From assembly GCA_044360615.1 (NCBI GenBank), contig JBIKKC010000002.1, positions 1 through 44,518 of the forward strand: a DNA stretch of 44,518 nt, read 5' to 3'. Both the position numbers and the translations under genes were made by a program. Source of the stretch: Bacteroidia bacterium. GTDB taxonomy: Bacteria; Bacteroidota; Bacteroidia; UKL13-3. Below the pieces are notes generated by a model, which worked only from the letters and a program-made list of their open reading frames with translations, had not been told where the DNA came from and made no database searches. Below, one piece after another: positions 1 to 8,639 of this stretch (position 1 is the first letter of the stretch; the number at the start of each line of letters is the position of its first letter).

Positions 1-638
1 TTACCATCTTTTATGAGTTGGTTCACATAATATTCTGAGTTGATAATTTTAAATTGCTTCAAAAATTCAACAGCTTCAAAAAAAGCAGGCTCGTGGTCGG
101 CAAGGTTGTATTCATAATTTAGGCCTTTAAGCAACTTTTCGTGGTTGGTAACGGCATTGGCATATTTCTGTTTGAACCTACTGTCTAATAAATCGCCAAT
201 TCTTAATCCGCTTCTTCCAATTTTATCTTGGTAAGTTGGGCTAATTCCTCTAAGGGTTGAACCAACTTTATGCACGCCTTTATGCGCTTCGCTGGCAGCA
301 TCTACCAATCTATGGGTTGGCAAAATAACATGGGCTTTTTCAGATATATATAAATTCTTTTTTATATCTACACCAGTGGTCATTGCTTTCTCAATTTCTT
401 TGCGCAACTGCACAGGGTCTATTACCACACCATTGCCAATAATATTGATGCAATGCTCATGAAAAATACCAGAAGGAATGGTATTCAAAACATACTTATT
501 TCCTCCAAATTCTAGAGAATGCCCAGCGTTAGGACCGCCTTGAAACCTGGCCACCACATCATATCTAGGGGTTAGTACATCTACAATTTTCCCTTTTCCC
601 TCATCTCCCCATTGAAGTCCTAATACTACATCTACCAT
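1..638 (-). CDS. purA: adenylosuccinate synthase, N-terminal ~212 codons (3' end lies beyond the window edge)
   Basis: Absent from the ORF track because it runs off the window. Reverse translation from ATG at 638-636 gives MVDVVLGLQWGDEGKGKIVD (GDEGKGK P-loop), then GSTLRGISPTYQDKIGRSGLRIGDL and YISEKAHVILPTHRLVD, which are typical PurA motifs. The frame is open down to position 1. Confidence 0.9.
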   Translation of the reverse strand, partial: MVDVVLGLQWGDEGKGKIVDVLTPRYDVVARFQGGPNAGHSLEFGGNKYVLNTIPSGIFHEHCINIIGNGVVIDPVQLRKEIEKAMTTGVDIKKNLYISEKAHVILPTHRLVDAASEAHKGVHKVGSTLRGISPTYQDKIGRSGLRIGDLLDSRFKQKYANAVTNHEKLLKGLNYEYNLADHEPAFFEAVEFLKQFKIINSEYYVNQLIKDG

Positions 639-644
639 AACCGT

Positions 645-1142
645 TTAAATTTTGATATTTTTTTTGCAATTAAGGCAATCCCCATTTTCGTTGCATTGGG
701 GGTTGCCAAATAAATATAATGAATGATTAGTAATCTGAAACTGCATGAGCTCGCCCATGGTAGTTTTTATTTGCTGTATGCGAGGGTCGCAAAACTCTAA
801 AACTTCGCTACAAACATTGCAGATTAAGTGATCGTGTTGCCTAAAACCATAAGCCCTTTCGAACCTAGAAATATTTTTACCAAACTGATGTTTAATAACC
901 AAACCACAATCTAGCAATAAATCTAAGGTATTGTAAACGGTTGCTCTACTCACACGGTAATTCCTATCTTTCATGTGCTCGAACAAAGTTTCTACATCAA
1001 AGTGTTCTTTGTTAGAATAAATCTCATCTAAGATGGCAAAGCGCTCGGGAGTTTTACGCTGTTGTTGGCGTTCGAGGTATTCTACAAACTTTTGCTTTAC
1101 CTCCTCCTTAAGCTTAATAGCTACTTGATTATCTTGATTCAT
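645..1142 (-). CDS. Fur-family metal-responsive transcriptional regulator
   Basis: 165 aa. N-terminal winged helix (RATVYNTLDLL). HDHLICNVC...C and C-terminal CLNC metal-site motifs. ATG start. Lies 7 nt upstream of purA and 38 nt downstream of relA/spoT, so probably one operon. Confidence 0.85.
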   Translation of the reverse strand: MNQDNQVAIKLKEEVKQKFVEYLERQQQRKTPERFAILDEIYSNKEHFDVETLFEHMKDRNYRVSRATVYNTLDLLLDCGLVIKHQFGKNISRFERAYGFRQHDHLICNVCSEVLEFCDPRIQQIKTTMGELMQFQITNHSLYLFGNPQCNENGDCLNCKKNIKI

Positions 1143-1179
1143 TAATTAATAAAGGGCGAAAATACATAAATCTTTTGGT

Positions 1180-3387
1180 TCAATTCAAATCTACTCTTTG
1201 AACACTAATAAGATTGCTTGCTTCTTTGATGGTGGCTATAATGTTTTCTAGTTGTTGGGTATCTAAAACTTCTAAAAAAATATTTCCTTCAAACGAACCT
1301 TCATTACTGGTGATGCTAATAGATTTCATATTTATTTGAAGCTGCCTTGAGATAATATCAGTTATAACACTCACAATACCAACACTATCAATTCCAGAAA
1401 CACGAATACTGGTTAAGAAAGCCTTGTTTACTTTCGTATTTCCGCCAGCCCATTTGGCTTTTAAAATTCTATATCCATAATTACTCATAAGGGCCAAAGC
1501 ATTGGTGCAGTTGGTTCTATGTATTTTAACGCCCTCTCCTACAGTAATAAAACCAAAAATCTCATCACCAGGAATTGGATGGCAACATTTAGCAAACGAA
1601 TATTCTAAATTGGCCTCATTCTCACTTAAAATAACTGCATCTGTAGGCAAAGCTTGAACGGCTTTGGGTTTAACCGCAACAGAAGGTTCGGTCTGTTTAC
1701 TTTTATCTGCGGTTAGAATAGCCTCAATATCTATCTTAGTTCTATCTATGGTTTCATTAGAAATTTGGAAATATAAATCGGAAACAGATTTGAGCTTAAA
1801 ATACTTTATTAATGTTTGTAAGGCATCTGAGGTAAAAGGCACCTTTGCATTTTTAAACTTTCTTTCTAAGATTTCTTTACCCATTACAGAAGCCTTTAAC
1901 TTCAATTGTTTAAAGAACTCTCTAATCTTAGATTTAGCTTTGGCAGTAACAATAAAATCTAACCAATCTTCATTAGGTTTTTGCTTACTACTAGTTAAGA
2001 TTTCTACCTGATCCCCATTGTTAAGTTGATGGTTAATTGGAACCAATTTGTTGTTCAATTTTGCACCAATGCATTTAAGTCCAAGGTCTGAATGTATATC
2101 AAAGGCAAAATCGAGCACGGTAGCGCCAGCGGGCATCTTTTTTAAATCACCCTTAGGCGTAAATACAAAAATTTCATCTGAATACAAGGCTAGTTTAAAA
2201 TCATCTAAGAATTCTAAGGCTGTAGCATCTGGGTTTTCTAATATTTCTCTCACCCTAGAAAGCCAGCCTTCTAAGCTATTGTCTGAACCAGATTTCTCTT
2301 TGTATTTCCAATGCGCGGCAAATCCTTTCTCTGCAATTTCATCCATTCGCTTGCTTCTAATTTGCACTTCTACCCATCTGCCTTTTGGGCCCATCACTGT
2401 AGTATGCAAACTTTCATAACCATTAGCTTTAGGTGTGCTTACCCAATCTCTTAACCTATCTGGGTTGGGTGTATAATGGTCTGTTACAATAGAATATACT
2501 TTCCAACACGCGCTTTTCTCGTGTTCAAAATCAGCATCCACAATTACCCTAATGGCAAACAAATCATAAACTTCTTCAAAGCTTACATTTTGAGATTTCA
2601 TTTTATGCAAAATAGAGTGAATGCTTTTAGGCCTGCCTTTAATTTCAAATGTTAGGCCTTCCTTTTGCATGTGCGCTTCTATAGGTTCAATAAAACTGCG
2701 GATATAGCGATTGCGCTGAAACTTGGTTTCGCTTAACTTGTTTTTAACAAAATTATAATTATCGGGCTGTAGATATTTGGTAGATAAATCCTCTAGCTCC
2801 GATTTCAATCCATACAAGCCTAAACGGTGAGCAAGCGGTGCGTATACATAAGCAGTTTCGGAGGCTATCTTAAGTTGCGACTTCGAGCCCATGCTATCTA
2901 AGGTGCGCATATTGTGCAGCCTATCTGCTAATTTTATTAAAATTACCCTAACATCATCACTTAAGGTAAGTAGCATTTTCTTAAAATTCTCTGCTTGTAT
3001 GCTACGGTCGGGTTGGTCGAACACCCCAGAAATCTTTGTGAGCCCATCTATAATACGAGCTACTTTTTCGCCATACTTTAACTGAACTAGGTCTAAGGTA
3101 ATTTCGGTATCTTCTACGGTATCGTGTAAGAGCGCACAAATAATGGAGGTAACTCCTAGCCCAATTTCTGCGGCACAAATTTGGGCTACTGCCAATGGAT
3201 GAAAAATATAGGGTTCGCCGCTTTTACGGCGCATATTTTTATGTGCTTCAAGGGCAAGTTGAAAGGCAGAACGAATTTGGGCCTTGTCTTCTTTACTTAA
3301 GTTTCTTCTTATGCTTCTAAGCAGTTGCCTATAGGCTTTAACTATTTCTTTGTTTTCTTGTTCTGTATTAAATTCCTTCAGCACCAT
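1180..3387 (-). CDS. bifunctional RelA/SpoT-family (p)ppGpp synthetase/hydrolase
   Basis: HD hydrolase motif (HPLAVA...LLHDTVEDT), RelA_SpoT synthetase core (GYESLHTTV, RSKRMDEIAEKGFAAHWKYK), TGS-like (IFVFTPKGDLKKMPAGATVLDFAF) and a C-terminal ACT-like domain. The track ORF extends to a TTG at 3411. The first ATG is at 3387 (MVLKEFNTEQ). Confidence 0.9.
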   Translation of the reverse strand: MVLKEFNTEQENKEIVKAYRQLLRSIRRNLSKEDKAQIRSAFQLALEAHKNMRRKSGEPYIFHPLAVAQICAAEIGLGVTSIICALLHDTVEDTEITLDLVQLKYGEKVARIIDGLTKISGVFDQPDRSIQAENFKKMLLTLSDDVRVILIKLADRLHNMRTLDSMGSKSQLKIASETAYVYAPLAHRLGLYGLKSELEDLSTKYLQPDNYNFVKNKLSETKFQRNRYIRSFIEPIEAHMQKEGLTFEIKGRPKSIHSILHKMKSQNVSFEEVYDLFAIRVIVDADFEHEKSACWKVYSIVTDHYTPNPDRLRDWVSTPKANGYESLHTTVMGPKGRWVEVQIRSKRMDEIAEKGFAAHWKYKEKSGSDNSLEGWLSRVREILENPDATALEFLDDFKLALYSDEIFVFTPKGDLKKMPAGATVLDFAFDIHSDLGLKCIGAKLNNKLVPINHQLNNGDQVEILTSSKQKPNEDWLDFIVTAKAKSKIREFFKQLKLKASVMGKEILERKFKNAKVPFTSDALQTLIKYFKLKSVSDLYFQISNETIDRTKIDIEAILTADKSKQTEPSVAVKPKAVQALPTDAVILSENEANLEYSFAKCCHPIPGDEIFGFITVGEGVKIHRTNCTNALALMSNYGYRILKAKWAGGNTKVNKAFLTSIRVSGIDSVGIVSVITDIISRQLQINMKSISITSNEGSFEGNIFLEVLDTQQLENIIATIKEASNLISVQRVDLN

Positions 3388-3473
3388 TAGATTTCTACGT
3401 GGTTTTTCCAAAAATAGTTTTTAAATGGTTTAAACCAAAATACATTGGTGTACTTGCTAACACAGCTAACACA

Positions 3474-3775
3474 AAGAAACGCCACTCGACTTTGCTCGAG
3501 GACCGGGTCGCTATGCGCAAAAGGTAGGATGTTGGGTGTAAAATAGAACGCCTCTCGACTCCGAATAACTACCTTTCGATTTTAAGAAGGAACTTTCTGT
3601 TAAAAATAGAACAACCTCTCGACTCCGCTCGAGGTCCGGGTTTGCTTAGCGCAAAAGGTAGGGAAAGGAAAAAAAGAGGGCGCGCAGCGCCCTCTTTTTT
3701 CCTTTCCTATTTTTATATGACTTGTACTGGTCCTCGAGCGGAGTCGAGAGGCAGGTCCTCGTAGTCGAGAGATTA
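3474..3775. repeat. cluster of imperfect direct and inverted copies of a CTCTCGACTCCGCTCGAGG(A/T)CC-containing element (MITE/REP-like)
   Basis: About 45-nt copies at 3485-3528 and 3618-3662 (CTCGACTyyGCTCGAGGwCCGGGT...GCGCAAAAGGTAGG). AAAATAGAAC..CCTCTCGACTCCG at 3540-3563 and 3603-3627. Inverted copy at 3729-3751, a 22/23 match to 3615-3637, plus a shorter inverted copy at 3756-3771. Confidence 0.75.
3660..3709. terminator. long GC-cored hairpin flanked by A and T runs (terminator-like on both strands), central part of the repeat element
   Basis: AGGGAAAGGAAAAAAAGAGGGCGC-GCA-GCGCCCTCTTTTTTCCTTTCCT: about a 22-bp stem with two single-nt bulges. The core GAGGGCGC/GCGCCCTC is followed by T6 on plus and T7 on minus. 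Confidence 0.55.
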
Positions 3776-3855
3776 TGCATATAAGATGATTCCTTGCTCT
3801 TTTCAAGCCCCCAAAGAGAAAGTAAATTAAAAAAACATTTTTTAATTAATATTTC

Positions 3856-3863
3856 TATATTTG
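3856..3863 (+). promoter_or_regulatory. candidate Bacteroidota -7 promoter box (TAnnTTTG) for tRNA-Leu
   Basis: Exact TATATTTG, ending 21 nt upstream of the tRNA-Leu 5' end, in an AT-rich context. Confidence 0.35.
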
Positions 3864-3884
3864 CCGTCCCTTAAACAAGGAAAA

Positions 3885-3966
3885 GCGCATGTGGCGTAAT
3901 TGGTAGCCGTGCCAGACTTAGGATCTGGTGCCGAGAGGCGTGGGGGTTCGAGTCCCTCCATGCGCA
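3885..3966 (+). tRNA. tRNA-Leu (anticodon TAG)
   Basis: Hand-folded cloverleaf. Acceptor GCGCATG/CATGCGC, discriminator A. Anticodon arm CCAGA-CTTAGGA-TCTGG. Long variable arm (type II). T arm GGGGG-TTCGAGT-CCCTC. No encoded CCA. Confidence 0.9.
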
Positions 3967-3993
3967 CAACAAGCAGCATAGCTGCAAATCAGA

Positions 3994-4026
3994 TAAGACT
4001 GACTATGAATGTCGGTCTTATTTGTT
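3994..4026 (+). terminator. hairpin plus T-tract downstream of tRNA-Leu
   Basis: TAAGACTGAC-TATGAAT-GTCGGTCTTA (10-bp stem, one G-U pair) followed by TTTGTT. Confidence 0.5.
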
Positions 4027-4051
4027 ATTAAGTGATTGATAATTAGAAGAG

Positions 4052-5452
4052 ATGAACGTAACATTCGAAAAAAAAGACGCCTTAACAGGTACCATTTCAG
4101 TACAAATTAGCCCAGCAGATTACCAGGCTAACTATGACAAAAGACTAAAAGATTATAGTAAAAAAGCCAATGTTCCAGGATTTCGTGCAGGCCACGCTCC
4201 TAAAGGAATGATTGAAAAAATGGTTGGAAATAGTCTATTGTTAGAAGAAATTAACCAGTTAGCTTCTAAAGGTCTTTTCGATTATATCGAAGAACACAAA
4301 CTTGCAATTTTGGGTCAACCTGTAATGAACGAAGACACCAAAATAGATGAGCTAAATAAAACTGCAGATTACAATTTTGCTTTTGATATTGGTTTAACGC
4401 CAGAGATAGAACTAAATATTAGCGCTGCCGATAAATTTACCCGCATTTCTGTAGAGGTAACTCCTCCTATGATTGATGAGGAAGTTGAGCGAATGACCAA
4501 GCGTTTTGGCGAACTTACCGATGTTGAAGAAGTTGGCGAAAATGACATGATTTATGTTGGCCTTACAGAATTAAATGATGCAGGAGAAATTTTGGAAGGT
4601 GGAGTTGCAGCAGATAGCGTTCCTATTGCAGTAAATACAATAAAAAATGAAGCCTTAAAAGCTGAACTTTTAGGTTTAAAGAAAGGCGCTACATTAAAAG
4701 TGAATGTATATGCCTTATTTGATAACAACGAGTTAGAAATGAGCCATGCTTTAGGAATTCAAAAGCAAACTGTAGCTGACCTTAGCCCTGATTTTACCTT
4801 AGAATTAAAGGAAATTAAGCGCACAGAGAAATCTGAATTGAACCAAGAATTCTTTGATAAGATTTATGGAGAAGGTGTTGTAAACAGTGAAGAAGAATTA
4901 AGAGAAAAAATCAAGGCAGAGGTTCAAGCATACTTTGACCAACAAGGGCAGCATTTATTAGAGCATGAGCTGTTTGATAAATTGGTTGAGAAGCACAACA
5001 TCACCTTACCTGATGCATTTTTAAAGCGTTGGTTAATAGATAGACATGGTGATAAGTTTAACGAAAATAATGTTGAAGCGGGTTATGCCCCAGAAGCCAA
5101 TTATTTACGTAACCATATTTTAGAAGAGAAAATCTTGAATGTTGCAGGCATCAAGGTGGAAGAAGCAGACATTAAAGAAGCGGCAATGAACTATACCAAA
5201 AGCATGTTTGGTGCTTATGGAAATCAAGGTTTAAGTGATGAGTTATTAATGAGCATTATTGAACCACAATTGAAAAAAGAAGATTTTAGAAGCCGAATGA
5301 TTAATGTATCGGTAAGAAATAAAGTGAACCAATACATTTTAGATACGGTAACTATTGAAACCACCTTGGTAGGAACAGAAGAATTTAATCGGATTATTCA
5401 AGAGCACAATAGCAAGCACCACCAACATGCGCATGAAGAAGAGCATGCCTAG
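4052..5452 (+). CDS. tig: trigger factor (ribosome-associated PPIase chaperone)
   Basis: 466 aa. N-terminal ribosome-binding signature VPGFRAGHAPKGMIEKM, a central FKBP-like region and a C-terminal helical arm domain. Unusual His/Glu-rich tail (HNSKHHQHAHEEEHA). Confidence 0.9.
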   Translation: MNVTFEKKDALTGTISVQISPADYQANYDKRLKDYSKKANVPGFRAGHAPKGMIEKMVGNSLLLEEINQLASKGLFDYIEEHKLAILGQPVMNEDTKIDELNKTADYNFAFDIGLTPEIELNISAADKFTRISVEVTPPMIDEEVERMTKRFGELTDVEEVGENDMIYVGLTELNDAGEILEGGVAADSVPIAVNTIKNEALKAELLGLKKGATLKVNVYALFDNNELEMSHALGIQKQTVADLSPDFTLELKEIKRTEKSELNQEFFDKIYGEGVVNSEEELREKIKAEVQAYFDQQGQHLLEHELFDKLVEKHNITLPDAFLKRWLIDRHGDKFNENNVEAGYAPEANYLRNHILEEKILNVAGIKVEEADIKEAAMNYTKSMFGAYGNQGLSDELLMSIIEPQLKKEDFRSRMINVSVRNKVNQYILDTVTIETTLVGTEEFNRIIQEHNSKHHQHAHEEEHA

Positions 5453-5471
5453 TTGAACCAAATATTAATGC

Positions 5472-5510
5472 AAAAAAAAGAGGCTTTCAAATTTGAAAGC
5501 CTCTTTTTTT
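5472..5510. terminator. bidirectional rho-independent terminator shared by tig (+) and the desaturase gene (-)
   Basis: A8-GAGGCTTTCAAA|TTTGAAAGCCTC-T7: a perfect 24-nt palindrome flanked by A and T runs. It abuts the desaturase stop codon at 5509-5511. Confidence 0.85.
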
Positions 5511-6492
5511 ATGCTCTAATCCAAGAGAACTTAAACACTTCATCACTTGGTTTTGCTCTTTCTGCAATGCGCGCCAATCTAATGGGTAGGTTCATTAAGA
5601 AATCTCTTGCCTTCTCCCCATTTTCTTGCAAGTTTCTTACATTTTCGATGTCCCAGTCTGTAAGTAGATTTTTAATTAAATCTACATAATCCATAGAAGT
5701 GTAAACTCCTATTCTTTGGGCTGCCATGCTAAAGTTAGAATATAAGTTAGTAGTACCACCTAATTCTTTAACACACTGTGCTGGCATCACAATTTTTTTG
5801 CGCATCATATCTTCAAAGGCAAGCATCAATTCATTGGCATCAATTTCTAAGATGCGTTTCACAAAAGACTTATAAGCTTTGCCATGACGCGCTTCATCTG
5901 CGGCAACTAAACCACAAAGTTTAGACAACAAGTTATTTCCGTCTTGCTTGGCTAAAGTAGCTACCCTTCTGTGCGAAATATTGGTTGCCATTTCTTGGAA
6001 ACTGGTATAAATAAAATTTCTGTATGGGTCTGAACCCGCGCCATTATCAAAACCTTCTGATATTAAATATTGGGTGCTGGCTTCAAAGGAGCGCATATCA
6101 ATTCTGCCACACAAGTATAGGTAGCGGTTAAGGGCATCGCCATGACGATTTTCTTCTGCTGTCCAGGAACGCAACCATTTCATCCAAACATTATTGTTGT
6201 ATTGGTCTACTCCAGTAAGTCCGGCTAACCAAGTTTCATAAGTAGGCAGAGCTTCTTCGGTAATTGTATCGGCCACTAATACCGCCATTAAATCGTAAGA
6301 ATGGTTTTGAGCCATCTCTTGAATTGATTTTAAATCTTCTACAAATGTTGCGTCTGAGGTAAGGGGCAATAATTCAGAAGCTTGCCAGTTCTCCTCAATA
6401 GGATTTAAGTAGTTTGTTATGTCAGACTCTATATCTTTACCAATGAAGTTCATTACTTCAATTCGGCTTGGTGTTAACGAAAGTGTACTCAT
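5509..6492 (-). CDS. soluble diiron acyl-ACP desaturase (stearoyl-ACP desaturase family)
   Basis: 327 aa. Both ExxH diiron motifs in the family context (WTAEENRHGDALNRYLYL and AADEARHGKAY), plus upstream carboxylate helices (TEEALPTY, FQEMATNISH). Confidence 0.85.
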   Translation of the reverse strand: MSTLSLTPSRIEVMNFIGKDIESDITNYLNPIEENWQASELLPLTSDATFVEDLKSIQEMAQNHSYDLMAVLVADTITEEALPTYETWLAGLTGVDQYNNNVWMKWLRSWTAEENRHGDALNRYLYLCGRIDMRSFEASTQYLISEGFDNGAGSDPYRNFIYTSFQEMATNISHRRVATLAKQDGNNLLSKLCGLVAADEARHGKAYKSFVKRILEIDANELMLAFEDMMRKKIVMPAQCVKELGGTTNLYSNFSMAAQRIGVYTSMDYVDLIKNLLTDWDIENVRNLQENGEKARDFLMNLPIRLARIAERAKPSDEVFKFSWIRA

Positions 6493-6542
6493 AATTTTGC
6501 GTAAAGGTAGGAATTCTGTTTAAGTTATCTAAAAATTAACCA

Positions 6543-6550
6543 TAAATTTG
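6543..6550 (+). promoter_or_regulatory. candidate -7 promoter box (TAnnTTTG) for tatD-like gene
   Basis: Exact TAAATTTG, ending 15 nt upstream of ATG 6566. It overlaps the alternative TTG start at 6548, which argues for the ATG start. Confidence 0.3.
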
Positions 6551-6565
6551 TTTTTCAACTTAGGC

Positions 6566-7240
6566 ATGAACCCCCATTTTATCAATATACACAGCCATTA
6601 TAGCCCCTTAGCTTATAATGAAATAGTGATTAGAAATGCTTATTATTTTTTATTAAAACAGCCAATAGATAACCAATATATAAGTGTTGGAGTACATCCT
6701 TGGGGGGCAATAAAATCAAGATTTAACAGCACCTTAGAAGAAATTGAAAAGGCTTCTAAACAGGCCAATGTGCTGGCCATAGGCGAAATTGGTTTAGATT
6801 ATTTATACCCCAATCAGGAGGTTCAAAAAGAAATGTTTTTAGCGCAACTTCAATTAGCAAGAAAACTGCAATTACCTGTTATTGTGCATTGTGTAAAAGC
6901 ATTAGAGGACTTGTTTACTATTTTAAAAACATATCCTCATCCTACTATTTTGCACAATTTTTATGCCTCCGAAAGCCTTACAAAAAAGTTTTGCCAATTA
7001 CCTGAGGTTTCATTTTCATTGGGTAAAAGGTATTTACATGCGAAGGGCGAACATAAATTATACAGTAAATCAATTCCTTTACACCGCTTATTTTTTGAGA
7101 CAGACCAAATGCGGATTCCGGTGCAGCAGGTTTATGAAAAATACGGTTTAGCTAATTCTGTCTCGGTAAAAGAATTAAGCGCACAAATCTGGCAGAACGC
7201 ACTTACTTATTTCCCGAAACTAGGTGCTCAATTCCAATGA
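6566..7240 (+). CDS. TatD-family metal-dependent hydrolase/DNase
   Basis: INIHSHY (HxH), GEIGLDY, VIVHC and FFETD motifs in TatD order. ATG at 6566 preferred over the track's TTG at 6548. Confidence 0.8.
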   Translation: MNPHFINIHSHYSPLAYNEIVIRNAYYFLLKQPIDNQYISVGVHPWGAIKSRFNSTLEEIEKASKQANVLAIGEIGLDYLYPNQEVQKEMFLAQLQLARKLQLPVIVHCVKALEDLFTILKTYPHPTILHNFYASESLTKKFCQLPEVSFSLGKRYLHAKGEHKLYSKSIPLHRLFFETDQMRIPVQQVYEKYGLANSVSVKELSAQIWQNALTYFPKLGAQFQ

Positions 7241-7803
7241 TAATCTTCTGGGGAATCTGCTAAATAGGCAAAATCCTGACCTAAATTTCTAACTGCTTGG
7301 GGCCACATTTCTTCTAGGTCATCCATGAAAACTAAATCTTCCGAAAGGTTAGTTAACCACCATGCCTTCTGGTCTATTTCTATATTTAATTGACCAGAAG
7401 CCCAGCCGCTGTAGCCAATAAAGAATTTAAAGTCGTGAATACTGGCTTTTCCTTTACTAATCAATTCATTGATTACCTCAATATTGCCACCCCAATATAC
7501 ATTCTTACCGATAGGGAAAGAATCTTCGATTAAACTACCGCACCTATGAATAAAATGGAGTGTGTTTTGTTCTACAGGCCCCCCATAAAAAATTGGAAAC
7601 TCATGATCTAATAAACTAGGGATAATATCTGAAGTTGTTTTGCTTAGCAGTCGGTTCAAAACAAAACCAACACTCCCATGAAATTCATGTTCGCACAACA
7701 GAATAACTGTTTTCCTGAAATTAGGGTCACTTAAAAACGGCTCACTAATTAACAATTGCCCGCTATGAGGGGTAAAGTTATATTGTTTATTAAGAATTTC
7801 CAT
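7228..7803 (-). CDS. YqgE/AlgH-family protein (UPF0301)
   Basis: 191 aa. LLISEPFLSDPNFRKTVILLCEH...GSVGFVLNR and GGPV...HF IH signature of the family. Confidence 0.8.
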   Translation of the reverse strand: MEILNKQYNFTPHSGQLLISEPFLSDPNFRKTVILLCEHEFHGSVGFVLNRLLSKTTSDIIPSLLDHEFPIFYGGPVEQNTLHFIHRCGSLIEDSFPIGKNVYWGGNIEVINELISKGKASIHDFKFFIGYSGWASGQLNIEIDQKAWWLTNLSEDLVFMDDLEEMWPQAVRNLGQDFAYLADSPEDYHWN

Positions 7804-7925
7804 GATGGCAAACTATTATAAAGGAGTTTCTACTTATATACAATTTATAAACGCAATTAAAGCGTAAACGAACATGCATATGTCAATGTTGTATTGTATT
7901 GGATTGTTTTGTTTAATTTTGAGCC

Positions 7926-8573
7926 ATGTTACAGAATTTGGACATTGCAGCTATAAGAAAGGATTATACCCTAAAAGAGTTTGACGAATCACATGTGAAT
8001 CCTAATCCAATTGCACAATTTAAGGTTTGGTTTAACGAGGCATTAGACGCGGCTGTTAATGAGCCCAATGCGATGACCTTGGCTACTGCTAGTTTGGAAG
8101 GTTTACCTAGTGCAAGAATAGTTTTGTTAAAAGGAATTGAGGAAGATGGTTTTATTTTTTACACCAATTATCTTTCGAATAAAGGCAAGCAAATTGCGTT
8201 AAATCCGCATGCGGCTCTTGTGTTTTTTTGGCCAGAATTACAAAGGCAGGTAAGAATTGAAGGTACTATAGAAAAGACTGCTGCGCATGCGGCAGATGAA
8301 TATTTTGCAAGCCGGCCATTGGAGAGTCAGATTGGGGCGCATGCCTCTGCGCAAAGTGCGGTTTTGGGCAGCCGAAAAGAGTTGGAAGAGGAATTTGAGC
8401 GACTAAAAGAATTATTTACGCGGGAGCCGCTATTAAGGCCAGAGAATTGGGGTGGTTTTAAAATCATCCCAGAAAAAATGGAGTTTTGGCAAGGCAGAGC
8501 CTCACGCTTGCATGATAGATTTGAGTTTACAAGAACAAAGGCTGAATGGCAATTTGTAAGACTGTCTCCATAG
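7926..8573 (+). CDS. pdxH: pyridoxamine 5'-phosphate oxidase
   Basis: 215 aa. ARIVLLKG, FYTNY.S.KG and the C-terminal MEFWQGRASRLHDRFEF signature. Confidence 0.9.
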   Translation: MLQNLDIAAIRKDYTLKEFDESHVNPNPIAQFKVWFNEALDAAVNEPNAMTLATASLEGLPSARIVLLKGIEEDGFIFYTNYLSNKGKQIALNPHAALVFFWPELQRQVRIEGTIEKTAAHAADEYFASRPLESQIGAHASAQSAVLGSRKELEEEFERLKELFTREPLLRPENWGGFKIIPEKMEFWQGRASRLHDRFEFTRTKAEWQFVRLSP

Positions 8574-8639
8574 AATTTTTGGCCAAACATTTGCCTAATT
8601 AATAAAAAATTAATATCTTGCTTCACAACCTTACCGAAA

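Noticed and set aside
1664-3085. Three plus-strand ORFs (1664-2011, 2048-2419, 2891-3085) inside relA/spoT
   Set aside because: They are antisense shadow ORFs of a well-supported 735-aa gene. Their translations are low-complexity (Ser/Leu/Ile/Lys-rich) with no recognisable motifs.
3474-3775. Possible CRISPR array, because of the repeated ~25-45-nt units
   Set aside because: The copies are imperfect, of unequal length, irregularly spaced and present in both orientations. No cas genes are nearby.
3600-3806. 68-aa Arg/Ser-rich ORF on the minus strand
   Set aside because: It is the translation of the repeat/hairpin cluster. Its composition is driven by the CTCGAG/GC-rich repeats, and it has no start-site context.
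4030-4051. TGATTGATAATTA upstream of tig as a possible Fur box, given the Fur-family gene in the window
   Set aside because: It is only a partial match to the 19-bp GATAATGATAATCATTATC consensus in AT-rich DNA. There is no dyad symmetry, and tig is not an expected Fur target.
5453-5689. 78-aa plus-strand ORF after tig
   Set aside because: It begins inside the bidirectional terminator and lies antisense to the 3' end of the desaturase gene.
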